45,935 bases of DNA. Source: an uncultured Candidatus Saccharibacteria bacterium (lineage in GTDB: Bacteria > Patescibacteriota > Minisyncoccia > Phycocordibacterales > GWA1-40-21). The position numbers and the translations under genes were made by a program. This document shows positions 29,304 through 38,386 of this stretch, in pieces (position 1 is the stretch's first letter; every line of letters begins with the position of its first letter). The stretch lies in NCBI GenBank assembly GCA_964485905.1, contig CAZAJY010000003.1, positions 1 through 45,935 of the forward strand, written 5' to 3'. The notes beneath the pieces were generated by a model that was given only the letters and a program-made list of their open reading frames with translations, was not told the DNA's origin and ran no database searches.

Positions 29304-30536
29304 TTATTCAGATAAAATCTCAAGAGCCTTATCCATCTGGGGATCTTTGTCCGCCTTGAGGTCAGCATCGCTAATTTTGACTTCATAATCTGGCGTCAAT
29401 CCTCCGTCTGAAATACTTTTACCAAAAGGTGTAAGCCATTTAGCAATGGTAACTTTTAATGAAGTATCGTCTGTAACTTTTATCAATTCCTGCACTGAAC
29501 CCTTACCATAAGTCTTTGTCCCAACCAATTTTGCAATACCGTGTTCTTGAAGCGCCCCAGCCAAAATTTCTGATGCTGAAGCCGAACCAGCATCTACCAG
29601 AATTATCATACTTAATTTGTCTGTGAAAATATCATAACCCTTACTACGATAAATATTTTCTACTCTATCATCACCAAATTCTTCTCGCACTATCGGTTTG
29701 CCTAAAGGCAAGAACCAACTTGCCATATCAACAGATGTATCTAAATAACCCCCTGGATTACCTCGTAAATCCAAAATCAATTTGTGTTTTTTAGAATTTA
29801 TAAATTCTTTTAAGGCTAAATTAAATTGAATTCTGGCTTGTGCATAAAAATTATATAAACTTATCACAAATACATCGTCCTTAATTTCTGTTTTAATGGT
29901 TGGAATATCTATTACGGCCCTAATAATTTCAAAATCTAATGGTTTAAGGTTACCATCTCTCAAAATGCTGATCTTAACAACTGTACCTTTTGGCCCACGA
30001 ATCAATTTAACAGCCTTGTCGGTTGATAAATCAATTGCTGTCTCGCCATCAATAGTAATTATTTTATCTCCAGCTTTTATTCCGGCTAATTCAGCTGGTG
30101 AACCTTTTAATGGAGAAACCACGGTTAACATATCTTCTTTAACTCCAATTTCCATACCAACTCCCTCAAAATTACCACTAATATTTGTCTCAAATTCCTT
30201 AGTATCTTCTGGTGGTAAGAAAATAGTAAATGGATCACCTAAACTATCAGTCATCCCTTGAATTGCCCCCCAAATTCTATCCTGAGCTGTAGTGGTCGCG
30301 GACTGATTTTTGGTGGCAACATATTTATCATCCAAAAGCTTCCAAACCTTCCAGAAAGGCGCCATATCAATTAATTCACTACCTAAACCTTCACTATTAA
30401 TAACACTAAGGCTTGCTCCATCATTAAGGGTCAAAGTAGGATGACTTCGTCCATAAGAAATGCCCAAAACAAAAAAGAAGCCAACTAATAAAAAGAGGAT
30501 GATTATGAGGCGCCCTTTTTTAAAAAAATTAAACAT
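29304..30536 (-). CDS. ctpA: S41 carboxyl-terminal protease with PDZ domain
   Basis: GVGMEI, AVKLIRGPKGT, ILDLRGNPGG, SASASEI, TYGKGSVQ. Start re-assigned to ATG 30536. Confidence 0.93.
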   Translation of the reverse strand: MFNFFKKGRLIIILFLLVGFFFVLGISYGRSHPTLTLNDGASLSVINSEGLGSELIDMAPFWKVWKLLDDKYVATKNQSATTTAQDRIWGAIQGMTDSLGDPFTIFLPPEDTKEFETNISGNFEGVGMEIGVKEDMLTVVSPLKGSPAELAGIKAGDKIITIDGETAIDLSTDKAVKLIRGPKGTVVKISILRDGNLKPLDFEIIRAVIDIPTIKTEIKDDVFVISLYNFYAQARIQFNLALKEFINSKKHKLILDLRGNPGGYLDTSVDMASWFLPLGKPIVREEFGDDRVENIYRSKGYDIFTDKLSMIILVDAGSASASEILAGALQEHGIAKLVGTKTYGKGSVQELIKVTDDTSLKVTIAKWLTPFGKSISDGGLTPDYEVKISDADLKADKDPQMDKALEILSE

Positions 30537-30626
30537 TAGAATATTATAGCATATCTGAAATATTCCGCGTAGCATTTTACAAGGTAGAATGATATAATAG
30601 ATAGATAATAATTAATAAATAATAGT

Positions 30627-31541
30627 ATGATTAAAAAGCAAAATTATAAGGCGGTCACTTGGGTAGATGCTGAAAATCCTACAAAAGATGAGGTTCGAGA
30701 ATTAATGACTGAGTTTGATTTAACACCTGAAATAGCTCAAGATATTTTATTACCAACATTTAAAGATAGAATCACACCAGCTAAAGATTATATCTATTTA
30801 ATTCTCCACTTCCCCGCTTTTAAACATACCCATAATAAAAGCCATCGCCAAGAAATTGATTTTATAATTGGTAAGAATTTTATTATTACAAATCGCTATG
30901 AAAGCATCGATGCCATGGAAAAATACGCCAAAATATTTGAAGTAAATTCAATTTTGGATAAAGAAAAGGGAGAAGTTGGTCCTGGCGAACTATTTTTAGC
31001 AATGATAAGAACCATTTACCAATCTTTATCTGATGAATTAGATTCAATAAATTACCTTCTCGGTGAAGCTGAGAAAAATATTTTTGCTGGTAAGGAAAAA
31101 GATATGGTCTTTGAATTATCAAAAATAAGCCGAGAAATTATTAATTTTAATCACATAATTGTTCCTCATGGAAATATTTTAGAGACTCTTAAAGAAAACT
31201 CAAACAAAATATTGAATAAGGATTTCATTCTAGAACTTAGTGAAGTAATAAATGAATATTACAAAATTTCAAAAATTCTAGAAAATATAACGGAGGTAAT
31301 GCAAGAATTAAGAGAAACAAATAATTCGCTTTTGTCCACCAAACAAAATGAGATTATGAAAACTCTGACGATTTTTACCTTTTTTGCCCTACCTTTCACC
31401 ATCATTACCGGCTTCTTCCAAATGAATACTAAATATACCCCAATTGTAAATAATGATAATGGCTGGTTGGTAATTATTGGATTAGAAATCATTGTAATGA
31501 TTATTGTCTTTATAATTGCCAAAAGAAAAAAATGGTTCTAA
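30627..31541 (+). CDS. corA: CorA-family Mg2+/Co2+ transporter
   Basis: NEIMKTLTI, then FFQMN (variant of GMN) between two C-terminal TMs. Confidence 0.85.
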   Translation: MIKKQNYKAVTWVDAENPTKDEVRELMTEFDLTPEIAQDILLPTFKDRITPAKDYIYLILHFPAFKHTHNKSHRQEIDFIIGKNFIITNRYESIDAMEKYAKIFEVNSILDKEKGEVGPGELFLAMIRTIYQSLSDELDSINYLLGEAEKNIFAGKEKDMVFELSKISREIINFNHIIVPHGNILETLKENSNKILNKDFILELSEVINEYYKISKILENITEVMQELRETNNSLLSTKQNEIMKTLTIFTFFALPFTIITGFFQMNTKYTPIVNNDNGWLVIIGLEIIVMIIVFIIAKRKKWF

Positions 31542-31544
31542 ATT

Positions 31545-32903
31545 ATGCAGTTATATAACACTTTATCCAGAAAAAAAGAGGAATTTAAGCCTATAAAAGA
31601 GGGTGAAGTTGGTCTATATACTTGTGGGCCAACAGTCTATGGTTTTCCCCACCTTGGTAATCTACGTACTTATGTCTTTGAAGATATCTTAAAACGCACT
31701 CTGACTTATAATAATTACAAAGTAAAACATGTAATGAATATAACGGATGTTGGACACTTAACTGGTGATCGTGATATGGGTAACGATAAAGTTGAAAAAG
31801 AGTCTCAAAAATCTGGTAAAACCGCATGGGAAATTGCTGATTTTTATACTCAGGCTTTCAAAGAAGATCTGCAACGACTAAACTTAATTTTCCCAGATAT
31901 TTTTTGTAAAGCCACTGACAATATTCCTGAACAGATTCAGATGATTCAAACACTTGAAAAAAAAGGTTTTACTTATAAAACTAGTGACGGTGTCTATTTT
32001 GATACTTCAAAAGTAGATGATTATAATAAACTTTCCCATCAGAATCTAGAGGACTTAAAAGAAGGCGCCAGAATAGAAGCTAACGCAGAAAAAAAGAATC
32101 CGACTGACTTTGCTTTATGGAAATTTTCACCTAAGGATGAAAAAAGACAGATGGAATGGGATAGTCCTTGGGGTATCGGTTTTCCAGGTTGGCATATCGA
32201 ATGTTCAGCTATGAGTGTAAAATATCTTGGTGAACAATTTGATATTCACTGTGGGGCCGTAGATGCCATCAGTCTTCATCACACCAATGAATTAGTGCAA
32301 ACTGAATCGGCCACTGGAAAGATACCCTGGGTGAGATTTTGGATGCACGGAGAATTTCTTAATCTTGATAAAGGAAGGAAGATGTCTAAAAGTACTGGAG
32401 ATTTTGTTACTGTCACCAATTCTTTTATAGAAAAAGGATTAGACCCCCTTGTCTTTCGTTTCGTCTGTTTAAACACACACTATAGAAAAGCGATGGAATG
32501 GAACGATGAAATTGCTGTATCATCAGCCCATGCTTTTGAAATCCTTAAGAAAAAAATCAATAATCTAGGAGAGGAAGCAGGTAAAACTAATTTAGAATGG
32601 AAAGAAAAATTTAATTTAGCAATAAATGATGACCTCAATATGCCGAAAGCTCTAGCTGTTCTAAATGAAATATTAAAGTCTGATTTATCTAACACCGACA
32701 AATTGGCCACTATATTAGATTTTGATAAAGTGCTTGGTTTGAATCTTCAAGCATCAAGGTCAGACCTTGCCGTGATAATTCCAGAAAATATTCAAAAATT
32801 AATGGATGAACGTGCTACTGCCCGACAAAATAAAGATTGGAAAAAAGCCGATGAATTACGTGATCAAATTATTAAACTTGGTTTTGAGGTGAAGGATAAG
32901 TAG
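31545..32903 (+). CDS. cysS: cysteinyl-tRNA synthetase
   Basis: YTCGPTVY, HLGN, DFALWK, PGWHIECSAM, KMSKS. Confidence 0.98.
   Translation: MQLYNTLSRKKEEFKPIKEGEVGLYTCGPTVYGFPHLGNLRTYVFEDILKRTLTYNNYKVKHVMNITDVGHLTGDRDMGNDKVEKESQKSGKTAWEIADFYTQAFKEDLQRLNLIFPDIFCKATDNIPEQIQMIQTLEKKGFTYKTSDGVYFDTSKVDDYNKLSHQNLEDLKEGARIEANAEKKNPTDFALWKFSPKDEKRQMEWDSPWGIGFPGWHIECSAMSVKYLGEQFDIHCGAVDAISLHHTNELVQTESATGKIPWVRFWMHGEFLNLDKGRKMSKSTGDFVTVTNSFIEKGLDPLVFRFVCLNTHYRKAMEWNDEIAVSSAHAFEILKKKINNLGEEAGKTNLEWKEKFNLAINDDLNMPKALAVLNEILKSDLSNTDKLATILDFDKVLGLNLQASRSDLAVIIPENIQKLMDERATARQNKDWKKADELRDQIIKLGFEVKDK
32755..32769. repeat. 15-bp palindrome CAAGGTC-A-GACCTTG, in frame in cysS
   Basis: Perfect inverted repeat in the interdomain linker (SRSDL). 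Confidence 0.6.
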
Positions 32904-32912
32904 TGGCTTCAT

Positions 32913-32957
32913 CTCCTCCTTTTCTAAGGAGGAGTGGCATTCTGATGACGAGGTGGT
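32913..32957. repeat. REP-like hairpin / bidirectional terminator between convergent cysS and helicase genes
   Basis: CTCCTCCTT-ttct-AAGGAGGAG followed by GC-rich tail ...GACGAGGTGGT. Confidence 0.55.
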
Positions 32958-34163
32958 CTAGCGATTCCCCTCCACAAAAGTCAGGGCTTTGCCTTTTTTG
33001 TTGCCACGACCAGTACGGCCTATGCGATGAACATAATCATCATAGGTTGCGGGAACATCATAGTTAATCACATGAGAGACATCGGGAATATCCAGTCCTC
33101 GAGCGGCTACGTCAGTCGCCACTAATATGGCTACAGAGTTGTCTTTAAACGCCCCTAGGGCCTTCTGGCGCTTAGAATGGGGCTTATTACCATGAATAGA
33201 ATCAGCCTTAAATCCCCTTTCAATCAACTTTTTAGAGAGTTTCTCCACCCCATGTTTTGTCCGTCCAAAAATAAGGACTTTGTAGAAATCTGATTGTTTC
33301 AAAAGGCTTTCCAGTGTTGCCAATTTATCACCACTGACTCGAACAATATCTTGGTCAACATTCTTACAAGTCTCGCCAGTCTTAACTGAGACAACAATTG
33401 GTTCATGTAAAAATATTTTAATTAAATTTTCTACTTCATGAGAAATAGTTGCCGAGAAAAATAAAGTATGTCTCTTCACTGGCATTTTAGCCATAATAAA
33501 TTTCATATCAGCGATAAAACCCATATCCAACATCCGATCGGCTTCATCCAAAACAATCGTATTAAATTTTGCTAAATCGATAAATTTTCGATTAACTAAA
33601 TCTTTTAATCTACCGGGGGTTCCGATAATAAAATTATTTTTCCTCTGACGAAGTTCAGCGATTTGTCCTCCAATTCCTACACCACCCACACAACAGGTTG
33701 AAAAAATTCCTAAATTAGTTACAAAACTTCTTAATTCTTGATTGATTTGTACCGCCAGTTCTCGGGTCGGCACCACAACTAATACTCTCTCAAATTTATT
33801 TAAAATTACTTTTTGAATTAATGGAATTAAAAAGGCACCAGTTTTTCCTGTTCCGGTATTAGCAATTCCCACAACATCCTTCCCTAAAAGAATTTGGGGG
33901 ATGATTTTATCTTGAATTAAAGTCGGCGTCACATAACCCTTAGTGATGATATTTTGTTTTAATTTCTGATCAATAATAAAATCGCTGAATTTATTTTCTG
34001 GCACAAAAACCACCTCTACCTCATTTGGTACAGCTTTATTTATAAACTTAGAAAAATGAATATTCTGGCCTCTAACCGGACCTTTCCTCTGATTTGCCTG
34101 ATGGGAACGAAAAAAAGGCTTCCTCGGCCCCCGTTGGCTATGACTATAACTATTCTTATACAT
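32958..34163 (-). CDS. DEAD-box RNA helicase (RhlE-like)
   Basis: TGTGKT, PTRELA, TPGRL, DEADRMLDMGF, SAT, ARGLD, HRIGRTGR. Confidence 0.96.
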   Translation of the reverse strand: MYKNSYSHSQRGPRKPFFRSHQANQRKGPVRGQNIHFSKFINKAVPNEVEVVFVPENKFSDFIIDQKLKQNIITKGYVTPTLIQDKIIPQILLGKDVVGIANTGTGKTGAFLIPLIQKVILNKFERVLVVVPTRELAVQINQELRSFVTNLGIFSTCCVGGVGIGGQIAELRQRKNNFIIGTPGRLKDLVNRKFIDLAKFNTIVLDEADRMLDMGFIADMKFIMAKMPVKRHTLFFSATISHEVENLIKIFLHEPIVVSVKTGETCKNVDQDIVRVSGDKLATLESLLKQSDFYKVLIFGRTKHGVEKLSKKLIERGFKADSIHGNKPHSKRQKALGAFKDNSVAILVATDVAARGLDIPDVSHVINYDVPATYDDYVHRIGRTGRGNKKGKALTFVEGNR

Positions 34164-34201
34164 TTATTTATAATAGCACAAACCTATCTTATTTGTCAAC
34201 C

Positions 34202-35368
34202 CTATTTATAAATCTTCTTAATCAACGGGTTAATTCTGGTGACTAATTCATAAACACTAGCATCTAAAAGAGTAGCAATATCATCGGCTGTTATTTTTTC
34301 TTTATTATCAACCCCGATAATAGTCACTTCATCCCCCACTTCGACGCTTCGGAGACCCTGAGAATTTTTGAAGGGTTTAACATCCGTCACATCCACAATC
34401 ATAATGTCCATGCAAATTCGTCCGATAATCTTACATTTGTGCCCACCGATTAAAACCTGTCCGATGGAAGATAGAGCTCGCGGATAACCGTGCCAATAAC
34501 CAATGGGCAGAACAGCAATCTTTGATTTTCGATTTAATTTTTCAGTAAAATCATAACCGATACTCTCCCCCGCTTTTATATCCTTTATTTCAGCGATGAC
34601 GGTTTTCCAACTTAAGACTGGTTTCAAATTAAATTTATTTTGAGCATAGGCTTGAACTTCTCTCGATGGCCATAAACCATATAAGCCAATGCCTACTCGA
34701 AACATATCCAAATGAACCTCCGGAAAAAGAATTGTTCCGGAAGTAGCACAAGTGTGATTAATTACCTTGATTCCAGCTTGGGAGAAAGCCTCTCGCCACT
34801 GATTAAATATTTCTATTTGTTTTTTAGTCTCTTTGGGAAAAGCCGGATTTTTAGCGGCTGCAAAATGTGTATAGAGTCCAAGCACTTTTATTTTGTTTTT
34901 TAATTTATTTAATTCATTAATAACTTTTTCTGTCTCGCTCACCAAGAAACCATGTCGATGCATTCCCGTATCAACTTTAATATGCACTTTCACTGGCTTC
35001 TTTGAATTAAGCTTTTTTATTTGAGCAAAATAATCAAAACTTGAAACAGTAATTTCCAAATCATTAGCCACTGCTTTTTCTATCATTTCTGGCAAAGTAT
35101 AACCTAAAACTAAAATCGGAATCTTTATTCCATCTTTTCTTAAATTTATTCCTTCTGTTGCCGAGTCCACAGCCAAATAGTCTACGCCCAACTTTTCTAA
35201 TTCCTTGGCGAATTCAAATAAATTATGCCCATAGGCATTGGACTTTACCACGCCCATCAATTTAGTCTTTTTAGAGATAAGTGAACGAAAAACCCGATAG
35301 TTATGCTTAATAGCCTTCTTATCTATTTCAATCCAAGTCCGCAAACCAGTTCTTAATTCCCTTTTCAT
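34202..35368 (-). CDS. alr: alanine racemase
   Basis: VVKSNAYGH (PLP lysine), KVDTGMHRHG, RVGIGLYG, GRICMD. Confidence 0.96.
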   Translation of the reverse strand: MKRELRTGLRTWIEIDKKAIKHNYRVFRSLISKKTKLMGVVKSNAYGHNLFEFAKELEKLGVDYLAVDSATEGINLRKDGIKIPILVLGYTLPEMIEKAVANDLEITVSSFDYFAQIKKLNSKKPVKVHIKVDTGMHRHGFLVSETEKVINELNKLKNKIKVLGLYTHFAAAKNPAFPKETKKQIEIFNQWREAFSQAGIKVINHTCATSGTILFPEVHLDMFRVGIGLYGLWPSREVQAYAQNKFNLKPVLSWKTVIAEIKDIKAGESIGYDFTEKLNRKSKIAVLPIGYWHGYPRALSSIGQVLIGGHKCKIIGRICMDIMIVDVTDVKPFKNSQGLRSVEVGDEVTIIGVDNKEKITADDIATLLDASVYELVTRINPLIKKIYK

Positions 35369-35401
35369 AGAACCATCTTACCTAAAATAGACCCAAAAGA
35401 C

Positions 35402-35442
35402 AAACAAAAAACCACCCAAATAAATTGGGTGGTTTTTTGTTT
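35402..35442 (-). terminator. intrinsic terminator after khpA
   Basis: 18-bp perfect inverted repeat AAACAAAAAACCACCCAA / TTGGGTGGTTTTTTGTTT. Confidence 0.85.
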
Positions 35443-35449
35443 AAATATC

Positions 35450-35809
35450 CTACAAATTTAAATCAGCCATAGCTTCGTCAACACTCTTTGAGGCTCGGAC
35501 TTCTGGAGTTCTCTCCATAGTTGGAGCGGCGCTAGCACCAGCTCTCATTTCTGGTCTCAAACCACCCTCTGGTTCGCTGATCTTAAGATTAACTCGAGAG
35601 TTATTCTTCATTCCAACGACTCGCAAAAGAGTTCTGATGGCCTTAGCGGTATTACCCATTCTTCCGATGACCTTGCCCATATCGGCAGCATTGACATCTA
35701 AAGTAAGTAATACTCCCATTTCATCAACTGTTCTAACAATCTTTACATCATTTGGATTATCAACCAAACCTTTGATCACATAATCCAAGAATTGTGCATC
35801 TGCTTCCAT
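35450..35809 (-). CDS. khpA: KH-domain RNA-binding protein KhpA
   Basis: LVDNP..V, DMGKVIGRMGNTAKAIRTLL; downstream of rpsP. Confidence 0.92.
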   Translation of the reverse strand: MEADAQFLDYVIKGLVDNPNDVKIVRTVDEMGVLLTLDVNAADMGKVIGRMGNTAKAIRTLLRVVGMKNNSRVNLKISEPEGGLRPEMRAGASAAPTMERTPEVRASKSVDEAMADLNL

Positions 35810-35810
35810 T

Positions 35811-35864
35811 ATAATTTTCTGTAATTTTCTTGTAATTCAGTCTGCAGTAATTCGACCTGTAATT
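35811..35864 (-). repeat. AATTAC-type short repeats in khpA leader
   Basis: + strand GTAATT at 35821, 35832, 35847 and 35859; ATAATT at 35811. Confidence 0.6.
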
Positions 35865-35899
35865 ATTAATAATACTGCTTGTTAAATATTATCATAAAC

Positions 35900-35931
35900 A
35901 AAAAACACCTGCAAGACTTGCGGGTGTTTTT
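35900..35931 (-). terminator. intrinsic terminator after rpsP
   Basis: AAAAACACC.GCAA / TTGC.GGTGTTTTT hairpin with U-tract. Confidence 0.75.
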
Positions 35932-35940
35932 ATATTTTAT

Positions 35941-36345
35941 TTATTCAGACTTTGGAGCTTCGGCTGGGATTTCTTCTACTACCGGAGCTTCGGTTGGTGC
36001 TGCCTCTTTTGGTTTGGCGGCTTCCTCGGCGGCTTTCTTTTTCTCTTCGGTTAGTTCTTTCTTAATTGGTCTCTTTTTAGGCAAAGCATTTACTTTTTTA
36101 CCAGTGATTATCTTCTTAGTAATCAAAAGATTTCTCATGGTATCAGACAACTGAGCTCCTTTAGAAATCCAATATTTTATTCGATCAGCATCCAAATGAT
36201 TATCAGTCTTAGCCTTTCTAGCATCATGGTTTCCAAGGATTTCCAAAGCCTGACCACTCTTAGCGCTTCTCTTAGAATCAACCAAAACCACACGAAAAGT
36301 TGGCTCGTGCTTTCTCCCTACCCTTTGTAATCTGATTATTAACAT
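35941..36345 (-). CDS. rpsP: 30S ribosomal protein S16 (C-terminal extension)
   Basis: MLIIRLQRVGRKH.P.FRVV, YWISKGAQLSDT. Promoter TTGACT-17-TAATAT 7 nt before ATG 36345. Confidence 0.96.
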   Translation of the reverse strand: MLIIRLQRVGRKHEPTFRVVLVDSKRSAKSGQALEILGNHDARKAKTDNHLDADRIKYWISKGAQLSDTMRNLLITKKIITGKKVNALPKKRPIKKELTEEKKKAAEEAAKPKEAAPTEAPVVEEIPAEAPKSE

Positions 36346-36424
36346 AGAGGCTATATTAAGCGAAAACAGAAAAATAGTCAAGTAAAAACGGGACAAATTA
36401 CCCTTTTTCTGTTAGTATTGTCAA

Positions 36425-38371
36425 ATGCCAAATAAAAACAAAAATAAGACCATTTCCGGTGTTTTAAGCGTTAATGCTCGTGGTGTCGGTTATCTCAAAT
36501 CACTCGACAAGGAAAAAACAGATATAGAGATTCAAAATAACAATTTAAATACCGCCCTTAATGGCGATACGGTATTGGTTTCAATCCTTCCAGCTAGAAA
36601 AAATGAAAAGGTATCAGGGAGAGTTATTCAAATTGAAAAAAGAGCAAAAAAAGATTTTGTGGGGATTTTAGTCTCACAAAATAGAAATATTGTTCTTAAA
36701 CCCGATGATAAAAAAATGTATGTGGAGATTGTAATTAATCAAGAATCTAAAGTTTTAGCCCAAACACATTTAGGAGAAAAAGTTCTAGTACAAATTACCA
36801 AATGGGATAAAAAATTACCGCAACCAGAAGCTAAGATACTAAAAGTTATTGGGCAAGCCGGCCAGCACAATACCGAAATGGAAGCGATCCTTTATGGAAA
36901 AGGTTTTGAAATCGGTTTTTCTGAAGAAATTGAAAGTGAAGCGAAAAAATTAGAAAGAACTGAGAAGCCTATACCACAATCAGAAATAGCAAAACGCCGA
37001 GACTTTCGAAATACTACTACCTTTACAATTGATCCCAAAGATGCCAAAGATTTTGATGATGCCATCTCATTTAAAAAATTAAATAATGGTAATTTTGAAA
37101 TTGGTGTTCATATTGCTGATGTCTCACATTATGTTCGAGAAAAAAGCGCTCTCGATCAAGAAGCAATCAAAAGAGAGTTCTCCGTCTACTTGGTGGACCG
37201 CACAATTCCGATGTTGCCCGAAGTTCTATCTAATGATATTTGTAGCTTGAATCCCAATGAAGAAAAGTTAACTTTTTCAGCCGTCTTTGAAATAACAAAA
37301 AATGGAAAAATTATTTCTCGCTGGTTTGGAAAGACGATTATCAAGTCAAATAAAAGATTTACTTATGAGTTAGCGCAAGAGAGTTTAAATAATTCGCAGG
37401 GCGAATACCATGCTGAGCTAAAAATCCTTGATGACATTGCTAAAAAATTAAGAAAAGAAAAGACTATTCATGGGGCAATTGATTTTGAACAAGATGAAAT
37501 TGCTTTTGATTTAGATAGCGAAGGAAAACCAATTAAAATTTATAAAAAGCAAAGATTAGATACTCACAAATTAGTGGAAGAGTATATGCTTCTTGCCAAT
37601 AAAGAGGTGGCGGAATTTATTTATCGCGCCTATAAAAAAACTAATTCTGATAGCCCCTTTATTTATCGCATCCATGATTTACCTGATAATGAAAAAATAA
37701 CAGCCCTGAGTATTTTTGTTAAAGCTTTAGGTTATAATTTACCAATTGAAAAAAATAAAAATCTAAAAGCAATAGATTTACAAAATTTATTTAAACAAAT
37801 TGAAGGCCGGGCCGAAGAATCAATGATTAAAACAGCTGCGGTTAGATCAATGGCTAAGGCAATTTATTCCACAAAAAACATTGGGCATTTTGGCTTAGCT
37901 TTTGAATTTTATACACACTTCACCTCCCCTATCCGACGTTACCCTGATTTATTAGTTCACCGACTATTAGAAAAACATTTAAAAGATGAAAAATTACCAA
38001 AGACTGAATGGTTAAAATATGAGAAGATTTCAATTCTGGCCACAGAAAAAGAAATTCAAGCAGCTGAAGCAGAGAGAGATTCCAAAAAATATAAGCAGAT
38101 AGAATTTATGCAAAATAAAATCGGACAGATTTTTGATGGTACAATTACTGGTGTGACCGAATGGGGCCTTTATGTGGAAGAAAAAGAAACAAGAACTGAA
38201 GGTTTGGTGAGAATTAGAGATTTGGGTGATGATTATTATGTTTTAAATCAAAAAAATTATTGTATCATTGGAAACAAAACAAAAAAGAAATTTTCACTTG
38301 GCGATCAAATAAAATTTAAAATTACTGATACTAATTTAGAAAAAAGAACTATTGATTGTTTACTGGTATAA
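36425..38371 (+). CDS. rnr: ribonuclease R (RNB family)
   Basis: TIDPKDAKDFDDA, VHIADVSHYV, EEYMLLAN, YTHFTSPIRRYPD, C-terminal S1 domain. Confidence 0.95.
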   Translation: MPNKNKNKTISGVLSVNARGVGYLKSLDKEKTDIEIQNNNLNTALNGDTVLVSILPARKNEKVSGRVIQIEKRAKKDFVGILVSQNRNIVLKPDDKKMYVEIVINQESKVLAQTHLGEKVLVQITKWDKKLPQPEAKILKVIGQAGQHNTEMEAILYGKGFEIGFSEEIESEAKKLERTEKPIPQSEIAKRRDFRNTTTFTIDPKDAKDFDDAISFKKLNNGNFEIGVHIADVSHYVREKSALDQEAIKREFSVYLVDRTIPMLPEVLSNDICSLNPNEEKLTFSAVFEITKNGKIISRWFGKTIIKSNKRFTYELAQESLNNSQGEYHAELKILDDIAKKLRKEKTIHGAIDFEQDEIAFDLDSEGKPIKIYKKQRLDTHKLVEEYMLLANKEVAEFIYRAYKKTNSDSPFIYRIHDLPDNEKITALSIFVKALGYNLPIEKNKNLKAIDLQNLFKQIEGRAEESMIKTAAVRSMAKAIYSTKNIGHFGLAFEFYTHFTSPIRRYPDLLVHRLLEKHLKDEKLPKTEWLKYEKISILATEKEIQAAEAERDSKKYKQIEFMQNKIGQIFDGTITGVTEWGLYVEEKETRTEGLVRIRDLGDDYYVLNQKNYCIIGNKTKKKFSLGDQIKFKITDTNLEKRTIDCLLV

Positions 38372-38386
38372 AAAAAGAGGTGGCAA

